Assembly: GCA_963920595.1 (NCBI GenBank)
Contig: OY986947.1
Span: 2,480,001 to 2,544,000 of the forward strand
Length of the DNA: 64,000 bases
Reading direction: 5' to 3'
Source: Eimeria praecox
Lineage: Eukaryota
Numbering within the stretch: position 1 is the first letter of the stretch; the number at the start of each line of letters is the position of its first letter. The position numbers and the translations under genes were made by a program. This document shows, in pieces, positions 24,031 through 35,778 of the stretch. The notes below the pieces were generated by a model. That model was given only the letters and a program-made list of their open reading frames with translations. It was not told the DNA's origin and did no database searches.

Positions 24031-26944
24031 CAATTTCTGCGTAGAAATATTGTGTGTACGCCCACATACATGATATGCATTGGCATCCATCTGCTTGTGC
24101 ATGCTTATTTGAGCATGTATTTAAGGGTTTTAGCACCCTTGTGCTTACGCGTGCGTATTTGCAATATGCCCAAGACTGAGTTGATCTGCTTTGCGCGCTC
24201 ATCCATATAAGCCTATACACATAAGCATATGCAGGTACTCACACAATCACCGTTTATGCCTGCGAACGAGCACGCATGCATGTGAGAATGCGCAGGTATT
24301 CCTATGTGCAGTTATATTCATCCACATATTCATAAATGTGGACTCGCGCACGGATAAAGAAGTACTTATGGGGATACATATGCGGAGTCGTATGCATATT
24401 TACTTTTGCATGAGTATGTGTGCATGTGTGTGCGTTCGTGTGTGCGTGTGTGTGTGTCTGTCTGTCTGTGTCTGTGTGTGCGTGTCTGTCTGTGTCTGTG
24501 TGTGCGTGTCTGTCTGTGTGTAAATATACTTACGCTAGCGTGCACATGCTTGTAGAAAGGCGCAGAGAAATATTCATGCACAGGCCTAAGCCCAACAGGC
24601 GTACATTTGCTTAGGTGCTTGCGTGGTGCTCGTAAAGGCGAACGCATGAACAACGTATTTTTTCGTCTTCGAAGTCCCATGCCAACAAGGCAAAACTGGC
24701 ACTTCGCTTCAGTGGCTGTTGCCCTGTTCGATGGTAGGAGAGTTGCTTGTGAGTACACACAGTTCCGTCATCTAACTGTTGTATTCGCAGCAGCAGTTGC
24801 TTTGGCCTTCCCTGCAGAGCCTTCCAACACATCGAAAGCGAAGAGACAACGAAATTTCCAGTGGTCCCACTGAGCAAACAGAAGCTTTGATGGTTAGGGG
24901 TGAGCAAAAGCCCCATTCTTTGGTTGGAAGTTCGTCCGAAATCTGTTCAGCTTTCAGATGGAAGGAAAACAGCCAAATCGAAGTGTACGTAGCATGCAGG
25001 ACTGATGCAGCTCCGTAGGTCCATTCCTTACGGCCCGGTTGCAGGCTTCGTGGGCAGCTCAAAGTATTCCCTTTCTAACAGAAATAACCCCAAAAGGCTA
25101 AAAGTTACCTGCCACAGGTTGCAATACACCTTGCTGCGACGAGTGCTGCAAGGCAGACCCATATGCGCTCGCAAGCAGTCCGCTTGCTACTTACGCTAAC
25201 CCTGCAGATTGTACTGTAGACTGCCGTTCAAACAATTACTTGACCCTCGACTATCCGGCAGCGTGTAAGCACAGATACGAGTGCTAACATTACGCAGACC
25301 GTGCTACAGCCATGCTCGATGGGCCAGTTGTACGTGACTATGAGCAATTCTATCATCAAACCCTTTTATAAGCAACACAAGCTGTTTTGGGGTAATTATG
25401 GAAGAACGACCAACTCACTGAAGGTTAAGAAATAGCGGAGGTCCCAGTGAGGGTGCAGAACCTGTGATGGTTATGGGTATGCAGGAGCCCCAGCATTTGG
25501 TTTGAAAACCATTTGTCTAAAACTGCTCGGCCTTCAAAATGAAAGGAGGCAGCCGAATTAAAGAATAAGCAGCTTGTAGAATTGCTGGAAAGTTGCGGCT
25601 TTTAACGACGCCACGTTGTAGGCTTCTAGGGCGGTTCTTAGTCATCTGCAAGGCACGTCTGGCACGCTGCCTGCCATGCAGGAAGAAGAGATGCTACCGA
25701 GTTCCAAATGCACTGCACACTTGCAGCAGGACCTAACAGATAACAAGCGATGATGCACATCTCTCAAAACTGAAGGAGAAGTCGAAATATGCACTGTACA
25801 TAAACGCACAGCCGTAAGCTCCAAAACAGGCACCAATACACCATAAGCACCCTTGGCTGCAAGACAGCATTCGTAAGCAGTGGCTACTGGAGTTATTTCA
25901 CTGGACAGTTGCTTCGGGTGTTTTATACTGGAGGCCAGGAAGGCGCAGATAGTTGTGTGCCCGCAGATACGGCAAACGGAATATTAATGCTATATGTTAC
26001 AGACCTGCAGTCTTTGAGGGTGGCGGCCTCATCTACTCCCCACCAAACCCAGAGGGAAAGGCCTACGGGGTGTCCTGTGTATGCATCTAGCGTGTCCTCT
26101 GCATGCATGCGTCATGCAGGATGGTACAGCACTGCTACTTAATTCTTGCTGGGAAAACACAGGAGCCTGAGTGCATTTTTCATAGGTGAAAATTTCCACC
26201 GGACTGTTGCTGCACATGGTCTAGAATAGGAACTGTGAATGGCACACAGCGACACATCAGCAGCGCGGGAAGACTTTTGAAGCCTTCTAACAATGATAGC
26301 AGAGGTCTGCCACTGTGTAGAGCATATTAAGAAGGCCCTCAATGGGCACTGCCGGTTCCTCTATCTCCCCAAAGGCTCCATGCTGCGCCTCCCTGGGTCC
26401 GCAATGTAAGTTCAAAGGAGGAGGAGGCTCCTTCGTTGCCTGCAGGCATTGATGTTTTGCCTTCAACTGCCGAAATAGCCGCCGAGCTGCTTCCAGAGGG
26501 AGGGGAAGGTGGTAAAGTAGGACCTTGTGGCCATACTCCGTCCCCTTGCCGTCTCTGCGCAGCATGCTCAGGAGAATGAGTCTCTGACTCTGGAAATGCT
26601 TCAGCAATTAGACGCCCGACAGGATCAAGGTCTCCAATCTGGACCCCAGGTGGCAAGTCAATGCCTCCTTGGGCGGCCCCCTTTGGAGGCGGCCAAAAGG
26701 CTGCAGGAGCAACAAAGCGAGATGCATGGCTCGGCCGCCAACCTCCAGGGAATTGTACAGAAGGTGTAACCATGCGACTTGGAGTTTCTGAAGTGGGACG
26801 CTGGGAGGCAGGTCTGGGAAACCTAAGCGACGGTGCATTAGTCGGTTGGGTAGGCAGCGGGCCAGTAAATGAAGGCCCAGGCATCGGTTGGGGTAGCCTA
26901 GGATGCTGGTGGTCAGCCATAAGACCATCAGGTGCAGGCGTGGA
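23855..26944 (+). repeat. Segmental duplication copy 2, near-identical to 12683-15796
   Basis: Direct match from CAGAGGCTGCAACGCGCC to CAGGTGCAGGCGTGGA. Confidence 0.95.
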
Positions 26945-28945
26945 TCCTGGAATCACCACCTTGAAGTACTCGTTCTGGAACTGTGTGGGCACTGGCGATG
27001 GACGCAGCAAGGCAAAACGGCTCTGCACAGGACTAAGTGGATCCGCCGATGGCCAGCGGGAAGGAAAGCCAAGTGGTGGTGGAACGGACCACCAAACACG
27101 CTGGACATTAGAAGAGAAGGATCCGTATCGCTGCGCGAATTCGTATGGAGGCTCTCTCGGTGTGAACACAATAACGTCTGCTCCATGAACAGGCTTTGAC
27201 GTCGTAGAGTCGAGCGAGGGCTGCTGCTGGCCCCTTGTCTCTTGCTGCCTCTTCTGCCAACTTGGAGCGGAGTGAGGGGGGAGCTGATGACGGGGCGCAA
27301 GGGGAGTGGTGGGCATATGCTGGCGCGAGTCTTCAGAAGGAGGCTGTGCTGAATGGAGCCCGGGAAAAATGGGCAAATGATGTGTTGGTGTAGGCACTGC
27401 TCGTTGGCTAGGGATAATAAAGGGCCAGGAAGGGTGCGAAGGCAGCATGCCTACACCAGTTCTTAGCACGGCCAGCTGTTCAACACTTTGGAATGCCGAG
27501 CTAAGAATAGCAGTGTTCTCGGAACGCTGGTATGTTGAACGATGCTGCTGCTGGTTGACCGGTTGTAGGACTTGCTGCTGCTGGTTGACCGGTTGTAGGA
27601 CTTGCTGCTGCTGCTGCTTCCGCTGCAGGCGCCGCTCTTGCACGCGCAGTTTCTGTTCCAGCGGCTGATCGCTCAAAGCGGACTGGATGCTACGGACAAG
27701 GGATCTCGCCAGCTGCTCGTAGCGGGGTTTAAGCTTTTGGATCTCTATTTTTAACGGTACCCTGTGGAGAGGATATCCTTTTACGTTAGCTTTCCCGATT
27801 ATTCCAAAAAAACCAACCCGTGCTTGCACCTCGGCCATCCAAGAACTAGCGGCGTCGTCTACCCTGATTCTTTTTTTCCCTGTTGCTCGCGTATATGAAA
27901 GAACTTTGAGGGCTCGTTCAATTACATCTTCGGGTATCGGAGTGGAGCTTTCTACCCAGGGCTGCATCTGTTTGAGAGCCTCACTACACTGCAAAATTCC
28001 ATACCCGGAGATGCTTGCCTTCGCAGCCAGTTCCTCAGGGTTCGACTCCAGCGGGGTAGTTCTGAATTGTTCCATGAGCCTTAAGGTCTTTTTTGCTCGC
28101 CGTAAAGCATTAGATTTCCGGCCTTCTACAGCTAGTTGTACGAAAGCTTGCTCCCCCTTCTGCAAAATGAAATCCATAGTCTTTTGACGTTCCAATTCAA
28201 CTTTGGGAGTTGAGCAGATTCCAAGCAATGCCACCTCCTGTGTACAGATCGTCACCAGCAAGACAATCAGAGTGGTTTTTTTACCAAAGCTAATATAAGG
28301 AAATGCTTGCATGCTAAGAGCCAGCATGCATCTCAGTCCTTCTAATGCCTGTAGAGCGTTTGTTTCCCCTGCTTCCCTTCCGAGGTATCCTTCTTGTCTT
28401 GCCCCAGCATCCCTTGCTTCTTCCTCATCTGACTCTTCCTCCTCCTCCTCTTCTTCTTCCTCCTCACTTTCTCCCCCCTCCTCATCAATACAGATTTCCA
28501 CCCAGTGTTCTTCCAACTCTGAGTTCGAAAGAGACCTTCCACCAAAAGAGCCGAACAGCCTATGGAACAGTGCCTTCCGTGAGCATTGCAACACGAGAAG
28601 TGCTACTGCTAAACACACAACCGACACGAAGCCAGCGGTAAGGGCCCAAAACTCAGATATCTGCCACTGCTTCTGCCGCCCCCTAATTACAGAGGAACCA
28701 AAACCTCCCGAAGACTGCCCCGCAACCAGATTCAAGGAGGTGCCGGGGTACGGACGCACATTTTCGTCCTGCGGCATGACAATTGACACTGCAGCTCTTT
28801 CCTTTAAGGGCACATCTGTAGAGTCTAGCATGCCAGTGGCCAAAGCTTCTTTTGCTGTTGTTGCAACAAACAGCATTGTACACCATAGCAACCGTAGCAA
28901 CCCAAATATCTCCTTGTGGATTATATAGGGGCTGGGTGCTCCCAC
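26339..28945 (-). CDS. Single-exon lineage-specific hypothetical membrane protein (paralog B, up to 868 aa)
   Basis: Intact ORF with TM segment FWALTAGFVSVVCLAVALLVLQC, RSLS, poly-E tract and a duplicated QQQQVLQPVN. The last ~200 aa are identical to paralog A; the rest is clearly diverged. Confidence 0.85.
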   Translation of the reverse strand: MGAPSPYIIHKEIFGLLRLLWCTMLFVATTAKEALATGMLDSTDVPLKERAAVSIVMPQDENVRPYPGTSLNLVAGQSSGGFGSSVIRGRQKQWQISEFWALTAGFVSVVCLAVALLVLQCSRKALFHRLFGSFGGRSLSNSELEEHWVEICIDEEGGESEEEEEEEEEEESDEEEARDAGARQEGYLGREAGETNALQALEGLRCMLALSMQAFPYISFGKKTTLIVLLVTICTQEVALLGICSTPKVELERQKTMDFILQKGEQAFVQLAVEGRKSNALRRAKKTLRLMEQFRTTPLESNPEELAAKASISGYGILQCSEALKQMQPWVESSTPIPEDVIERALKVLSYTRATGKKRIRVDDAASSWMAEVQARVGFFGIIGKANVKGYPLHRVPLKIEIQKLKPRYEQLARSLVRSIQSALSDQPLEQKLRVQERRLQRKQQQQQVLQPVNQQQQVLQPVNQQQHRSTYQRSENTAILSSAFQSVEQLAVLRTGVGMLPSHPSWPFIIPSQRAVPTPTHHLPIFPGLHSAQPPSEDSRQHMPTTPLAPRHQLPPHSAPSWQKRQQETRGQQQPSLDSTTSKPVHGADVIVFTPREPPYEFAQRYGSFSSNVQRVWWSVPPPLGFPSRWPSADPLSPVQSRFALLRPSPVPTQFQNEYFKVVIPGSTPAPDGLMADHQHPRLPQPMPGPSFTGPLPTQPTNAPSLRFPRPASQRPTSETPSRMVTPSVQFPGGWRPSHASRFVAPAAFWPPPKGAAQGGIDLPPGVQIGDLDPVGRLIAEAFPESETHSPEHAAQRRQGDGVWPQGPTLPPSPPSGSSSAAISAVEGKTSMPAGNEGASSSFELTLRTQGGAAWSLWGDRGTGSAH

Positions 28946-30779
28946 TGGCAGCCGCTGTATCCTGCAAGCTCTTCCGTTCCCGGCTGTCTCTGCGTATGCA
29001 GGTTATGGGATTTCGGCTTAGTGTGGCTGCATGAAAAGGTGTGCGTCGCACTCCGAAAACCTCAGCGATGCTCACCCAGGAGAAGGATTCACACACCACT
29101 ACAGGCATAAACTCACGTATGCGGCTTCCCAACGCAGGAGCAAATTATATGTGAAGTCCTCACAAATTTATCTTGGAGACGCTTGGAGTGTCTGCAGGCA
29201 CCTCCAAGCCTTGCAGCTCTCAGTTGGCGTGCAGCCTTCACTTGCCGTCGTAAGAATCCCAGGCGGGAAGAAGTCCTGCTACCTTTTTTTAACTCTTTTG
29301 ATATTTTTAACGATTTCTGTATTGGCTCAGAAACTTGACGACCCGGAGGCGAAGTGGCAGCGGACGTGGAAACGAGAGGAACTCGACGTGGAAAATCGAG
29401 ACCGGGAGGTCCACTGGCAGAAGACTGATATGTGGGCAGGCACCTAGGTAGAAAAAACTCCCAAGATGATTCGAAAACCATGAATAGATGGAGTTTGAGA
29501 ACTGTGTATTCGCAAGGAAGAAGAAAACCATGCAGGGAACTCGTACTACGACCCTTCTGAATGCTGTAGGTAGTAAGTGACATGCTGAAAAGCACGTAAA
29601 GATCGAGCGGGGAAATGAGTATTTCTGCATAACAGAAAGTGAAACGTTGGAACTGCACTAGTTTCCAACATGAATTCTGGCCCAAACTGCGGGTTGCAAG
29701 CAAGGCATTTTGACTACAGGCTCGAATCGGCCGCAAACAAAATTGGGTACTCAAAAAAGCATGCTTCGGAGTATCGAACTGGCAGCATTATATTATATTT
29801 ATGAACCTCATAAGCAACGGTCAGTGAGCACTGACTGCCTTAGTAGCGTGAAATTGATATTTCAGATGTTAGCGGGGCAAAATGGACATCTCGTGTCGGA
29901 TTAGGCGCATCCCAGCTCAAGGCTAGCTATATGACACTTTCCCCTCTGATAACCGCCTACGAGCATGCAATCCAAGACACCACTTAAGAAAACCATTCTG
30001 TAAGATGTGTCTTTTGGGATTGCCATTTAACGCAACAACCTTCGATGGCATCAGGAACCACGCGGTTCATCTGCCCGGCAACCTCGGGCTATGGGCATCG
30101 GGCGGAGGTAAGCAAATCATCTTTGTGTCTTCGTTTTGCTGCCTGAGCCTACTTTCACTTAGGCGAATTCATCGAAAAACTTTAATTCTTCATAACTGCT
30201 GAGCGAGGAACCCCATTTCCAAAGCTTGTGGGAAGCGAGGGAAGTGCTTCTCCTACTGGCCTCACACTGGGTGTGAGGTGCGGCGGTATCAAACAGTGCG
30301 TATTACTGATTGTTTTCAATGCAAAAGCCTGACAACAGAATATGCGTGTATATACTGTAAATAGGCCACATTCTTCGGCATGAACCTATGCGGCGAATGG
30401 CTTCCTACCTTCAGTAAATTCAGAGCTGCATTGCAGGCGGCGCAGGCCCCGGCTACTCAGTATATCCTGCCTATGTTGTTTCGTCGCGCGGTCACTTTCA
30501 CCGCTCTGATGCCATTTTATAGTCAAGCTATTCTACCTTATATGCCAGTCTACTCTCATTAGCGTGGAATGCTGACGGCATATTTGACTTGGTTGCAATG
30601 GAATTGAGAGCTCTGACAGACTTTGCATGTAACCGAAGCTTCCTCACAGCATTGTACTTGCGATTGTTCAACTAGCGTCGTCTGAACTAGGATCACAGGA
30701 CTTGCTCTGTTATGCACGTGCATACCAGCATTCACCGTCAAGCGTGTGGTTCTAACGGTCTGGGTTGGTATACGCTTGC

Positions 30780-31450
30780 AGGCACAATTCTTTACATGTA
30801 GATGTGCCCACACGCAAATGTGTGCTTGCGGGTGGGTGCATGCTTGCCAGTTCATAAACTGAATAAACGTTTGTATGTATGCGTGTGCGCGCAAGAATGT
30901 GTCAGCGGGTATCTCTACGTAGAAGTCTTCGTATGCCTGTGTACACAGACGTATGCACAGGCATGCACATGTGTGCATGCGTATTCCAGCATCAGCAGCA
31001 TATTGCATGTTTTTTGTATGTGCATCTGTATTAGCAAATATGTATGTGGTTGAGGGCACTGGGGTTTCTTGCAGGCTTCAGCATAAGCATAAACTTGCAT
31101 ACTCTCACGCATATGCAAAGTATGCACGTATAGTTGTGCGCACACCTTCACACATACCTGTAAAGATATATCCATACACATATTTACACTGGTGCGCTCA
31201 TGCACGGGTGGAGGCATGTGTATGTTTGTGCTCATATGGTTGTATGTGCGGATTCGTGTTTCCGCACCTCTTTCTGTCTATCTGTCTGTCTGTTTGTCTG
31301 TCTCTGTCTGTGTGTAACTCTCTCTGTCTCATTGTCTCTCTGCATCCGCTTCTATATCTCCCTGTCTCACCGTCTTACTCCTTCCCTGTCTCTCTGCCCC
31401 TCTGTCCTTGTCTCTGTCCCCCGGTCTGTTGCTCGGTCCCTCTGTGTGCG
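30780..31450. repeat. Degenerate TG/CA- and TC-rich simple sequence
   Basis: tgcatg/tgtatg/gtgtgc units followed by tctgtc/tctctg units; compositionally equivalent to 12870-13370. Confidence 0.7.
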
Positions 31451-32583
31451 TGTGAAAATACGTATGCTAGCGTGCATACGCTTGTAGAAAGGCGCAGAGA
31501 AATATTCATGCACAGGCCTAAGCACAACAGGCATGCATCAGCCGGGGAGCTTGTGTGGTGCTCGAAAAGGCGAACGCGTGAACAACGTATTTTTTCGTCT
31601 TTGAAGTCCCATGCCAACAAGGAAAAACTGGCACTTCGCTTCAGTGGCTGTTGCCCTGTTCGATGGTAGGAGAGTTGCTTGTGAGTACACACAGTTCCGT
31701 CATCTAACTGTTGTATTAGCAGCAGCAGTTGCTTTGGCCTTCCCTGCAGAGCCTTCCAACACATCGAAAGAGAAGAAACAACGAAATTTCCAGTGGTCCC
31801 ACTGAGCAAACAGAAGCTTTGATGGTTAGGGGTGAGCAAAAGCCCCATTCTTTGCTTGGAAATTCGTCCGAAATCTGCTCAGCTTTCAGATGGAAGGAAA
31901 ACAGCCAAATCGAAGTGTACGTAGCATGCAGGACTGATGCAGCTCCGTAGGTCCATTCCTTACGGCCAGGTTGCAGGCTTCGTGGGCAGCTCAAAGTATT
32001 CCCTTTCTAACAGAAATAACCCCAAAAGGCTAAAAGCTACCTGCCACAGGTTGCAATACACCTTGCTGCAACGAGTGCTGCAAGGCAGACCCATATGCGC
32101 TCGCAAGCAGTCCGCTTGCTACTTACGCTAACCCTGCAGATTGTACTGTAGACTGCCGTTCAAACAATTACTTGACCCTCGACTATCCGGCAGCGTGTAA
32201 GCACAGATACGAGTGCTAACATTACGCAGACCGTGCTACAGCCATGCTCGATGGGCCAGTTGTACGTGACTATGAGCAATTCTATCATCAAACCCTTTTA
32301 TAGGCAACACAAGCTGTTTTGGGGTAATTATGGAAGAACGACCAACTCACTGAAGGTTAAGAAATAGCGGAAGTCCCAGTGAGGGTGCAGAACCTGTGAT
32401 GGTTATGGGTATGCAGGAGCCCCAGCATTTGGTTTGAAAACCATTTGTCTAAAACTGCTCGGCCTTCAAAATGAAAGGAGGCAGCCGAATTAAAGAACAA
32501 GCAGCTTGTAGAATTGCTGGAAAGTTGTGGCTTTTAACGACGCCACGTTGTAGGCTTCTAGGGCGGTTCTTAGTCATCTGCAA
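31445..32583 (+). repeat. Third copy of the duplicated intergenic segment (matches 13365-14503 and 24515-25651)
   Basis: Near-identical from ~31590 to TAGTCATCTGCAAG (32583); diverged but still alignable beyond. Confidence 0.9.
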
Positions 32584-33289
32584 GTCACTTCTGGGTGGAA
32601 GACTAAACGCTATCTGCAATAAAGGAAGAAGATGTGCTAGGCAGACCTTAGAATTCTTCAGGCATGTTGCAGGATCAAGCAGATGGAGAGAAATGATGCG
32701 CATCTCTCAACACCGAAGAATATATGGCAAACAATCTAAAGTGTACGCAGGAGCACAGCAAACGCAAGCCGCCCCAAATTGGCGCAAAGACGCCATAGAT
32801 TCCGTTGTCTTCAACCGATGATTAGTACTCAGTGCCACTGGAATGATTCCATCGGGCAGTTGCGTCGAGAGTTTTATACCGGAGGCTAAGAAGGTATGCG
32901 TAGTTGCATATGCTGAGACCTGGCAAACGGAAGGTTACTGTTGTGCTTCAAAGCCGCAGTCTTTGAGGGTTGCGACCCCATTTGCCCTCCACCAAGCCTT
33001 GAGAGGAAATACCTACAGGGTGTTGTGTCTGCGTATGCTTCCTGCGTGTCCTCTGCGTGCATCTTATGCAGGATGATGGAGAATTGTGCCTTAATTCTTG
33101 CTCGGAAAACACATACGCCTGAGTGGAGTTCTTATCGGTGAAATTCCCCATGCGGCTCCGGTTGGACGTATCTGTGAGCAGATACCGTGGAAGGCCCAAC
33201 GCCACAAACCTGAAGCTCCGGAAGCCTTTGAGTGCCTTCAAACAATGCTAATAAAGCTCATCTATTCGCTGGTGAGTTCTAAGGAGCTA

Positions 33290-34900
33290 TCAATGGCTAT
33301 TGATATTCCCGCTGTCTCCCCAAGGACTTCACGCTGCAACTTTGGGTCTGCGGTGCCCCCTCAGAAGATGGCGAGGCTCACTGGCTTACTGTAGGCACTG
33401 GTATAACTACTGGGAATAGGCCCGAGTTGTATCCAGAGAGACCGAGGGGTTCTGAAGGAAGAACTCGTTGGCATCCCTCTTCCGCCTGCCGTCTCTGCCC
33501 AGCTCTCCCAGGCAAACTAGTCTCTGCCGCTGCCCGATGGGATAAAGATCTCCTCTGTAGAGAGAACAGTGGATGAAATGCCTCTTCGGGTGCCCCCATT
33601 TTCCAGTGGCCATAAGGCTGCAGCAGCAAGAAATGGCGAGGCAGGCATCTATTCCCAACTTTCAGAGAATTGGCGGGGAGGTATACGCACGTGCCATGGA
33701 CTTTCTGAAGCGGCACACTGAAAGGCGCATTTGAAGAAACGAATCGACTGTTCTTCAATGCTCTGAGGAGGCCATACGCCTCGGAAAAGAGGTCAAGGCA
33801 ATGGGTTGAAGGGACGTAGGATGATGATGGAGAGGCGTACGACTGTCAGGAGCAGGTGTGGGTCGTGGTAACATGTTGAAACACCTCAGCTTCTGGTAAC
33901 AGCCAAAACATTGCGTTCAAGGGCAGGGTGGAGTGATTGAGCCATTCTAGCAGCTAGCGCAGGCGTGCTCCAGCGTCGAGTGCTGTTGGTGGTGTGCGTA
34001 GCGCTGTCTGCCTGCTGCAGGGGCATCGAAGCTGTGCAAACGCTCCCTTTAAGTTCCCTGTTATGGCATGCGGTGCTTTCGTATACTGGTGTGAGTTGTT
34101 GATGCTACAGATAGGGGCAGGCAAGTTTGTTCTTTCCCACGCCGAGTCATAGATTCCCCTAAACGGTTGCTATAATGTACCACTAGTATCCATTTTCCGG
34201 CAATTCCATCAGCTCTGTGCACTTTTCAAGGGAATAATTCCTTGGTCTCTTTGGCTGCCTCATCTTCAATGGGCAGAGGCTATTGTATACGCACTTTCAG
34301 CTAGATTTTTCACACTGAGAAAGCCTGAATACAGCGACTATTGTCTCTTGAGCCAGCCGCAGAACAACTACAGACATGCGCCGCACATAGAGAAACCCGC
34401 AGAAACTACAGCATGCAAGCGGAGGGGTCGATTGCGTTCCTGTACCTGCCCCAAATAGATGAACAGGTTAGGACTTGTCACACTGCTATTTGCCGTGCCA
34501 GAGTTGTGCAAGGAGTAGACTGCACCCAAGGAAGAAGCGTTAGCCCCCTGCATGTTTACCATCAGCCCAAGCACACGAAGCTCTGGTTCATGTTCCTTGG
34601 ACAAGCGAGGCAGCCAATCCAAAGCAAGAGTCACAAGAGCTCTTAACTCTGCCAACATTTTGTGCTGCCCCCTCTGCAACTGTTCCCGCCCTTTTTGCTA
34701 CTACAGTTGCTAAATATTCCTTTTGTCTCCCGTCTCCTTTTTACAATGCATTTACGCACGTTAATCCTCAACCACCCCTTAATTCGGGGGGGCCCTTTCA
34801 CTGCCAGCAGCAGCAATGCCAGCACCCTTTAAGCCAAAGAGAAGGGAAATGCTGGGGAAATCTCCAACTGTTGTAAAGAAAGGCGCTAGATCCCCACCTT
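33290..34900 (-). pseudogene. Degenerate third paralog (C) of the 15191/26339 gene family
   Basis: Minus-strand fragments: ..PWGDSGNINSH* (stop at 33290; cf. LWGDRGTGSAH*), PTPAPDSRTPLHHHP (cf. STPAPDGLMADHQHP), QFSESWE*MPASPFLAAAALWP (cf. QFPGGWRPSHASRFVAPAAFWP), and LAELRALVTLALDWLPRLS (cf. LEELQHIVTLGVQALPYLS). In-frame stops and frameshifts. Confidence 0.75.
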
Positions 34901-35778
34901 AGCAGCTGCTGCTGTGCCTCTGCAGCCGACCTTGCCGAAGTTGCCGCAGCTTGCTACAACGAGACACGCCCGACTTCCTTCACCAGCGCGGGCATAGATG
35001 CATACTCCCCACGAAAGCAACAGGAGTAAGAGTACTCGCAGTAGTAGTGAGAGGCAGGCTCTGCTGCCATAGTTGGTGAAGCAGGAGAAGCACAAGCTGC
35101 CACGGATGCAGAGGTGTTGCTGCAATTTCTGATAAGCGTAAGATGAATGGTTTTCCGTGCACTGTTGCAGTAGATGCTGCTGCCGCTAAACAGCCCTAGC
35201 GCAAAGGTGCGGCTGTGGCAGGGGTGCACTCGTTATGCTGCGGGAAGACCCTCAACAACGTGCAAAACAGCTAGTGTCGTTGAGCCCAGAGCTGCTGGAA
35301 AAGCTGATGTTGTTGCTGCTACCGCTGCTGCTGCTCTTTCTTGTGCAGGCTCGCCTTGTTCTCCTGCCGCTTTTAATGCTGTTTTGCCGCCCCTGCTGTT
35401 GCTGCTCCCGCTGTTGACGCCTCTCCCGCTGCTGTTGTTGTCTTACTGCTGCAAGGCGCGCACCTGCAGCAAACCCAGCTCCGGACAGAATTTCACAGTG
35501 TCCAGTGGCCCCGTACATTCATTTCCACTCAAGCCAGTACAGCCTTTGGGGCTGTCTATTAGCCTCAAAGGCTGGGGGCTACCACTAACAAAGACGAAAT
35601 GGAAATGTGTTTAGCAGCAGCCCCGAGCTAGCCGCAGGTAAAGAAGGGAGCGTAGATTACAGCGAGATAGGTGACTTTTGTAGAGCATATAGACTGAAAT
35701 AGCGAGGGTGTTTAGGCCAAGCATTGAAGCGGTTAATGCCAAAGAGTGTACGCTTGCCAAACTTAAGCCGCGCCGTGA

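Noticed and set aside
12683..32583. Regularly recurring repeats as a CRISPR-like array
   Set aside because: Eukaryotic context, kb-scale duplications, no short repeat-spacer periodicity and no cas genes.
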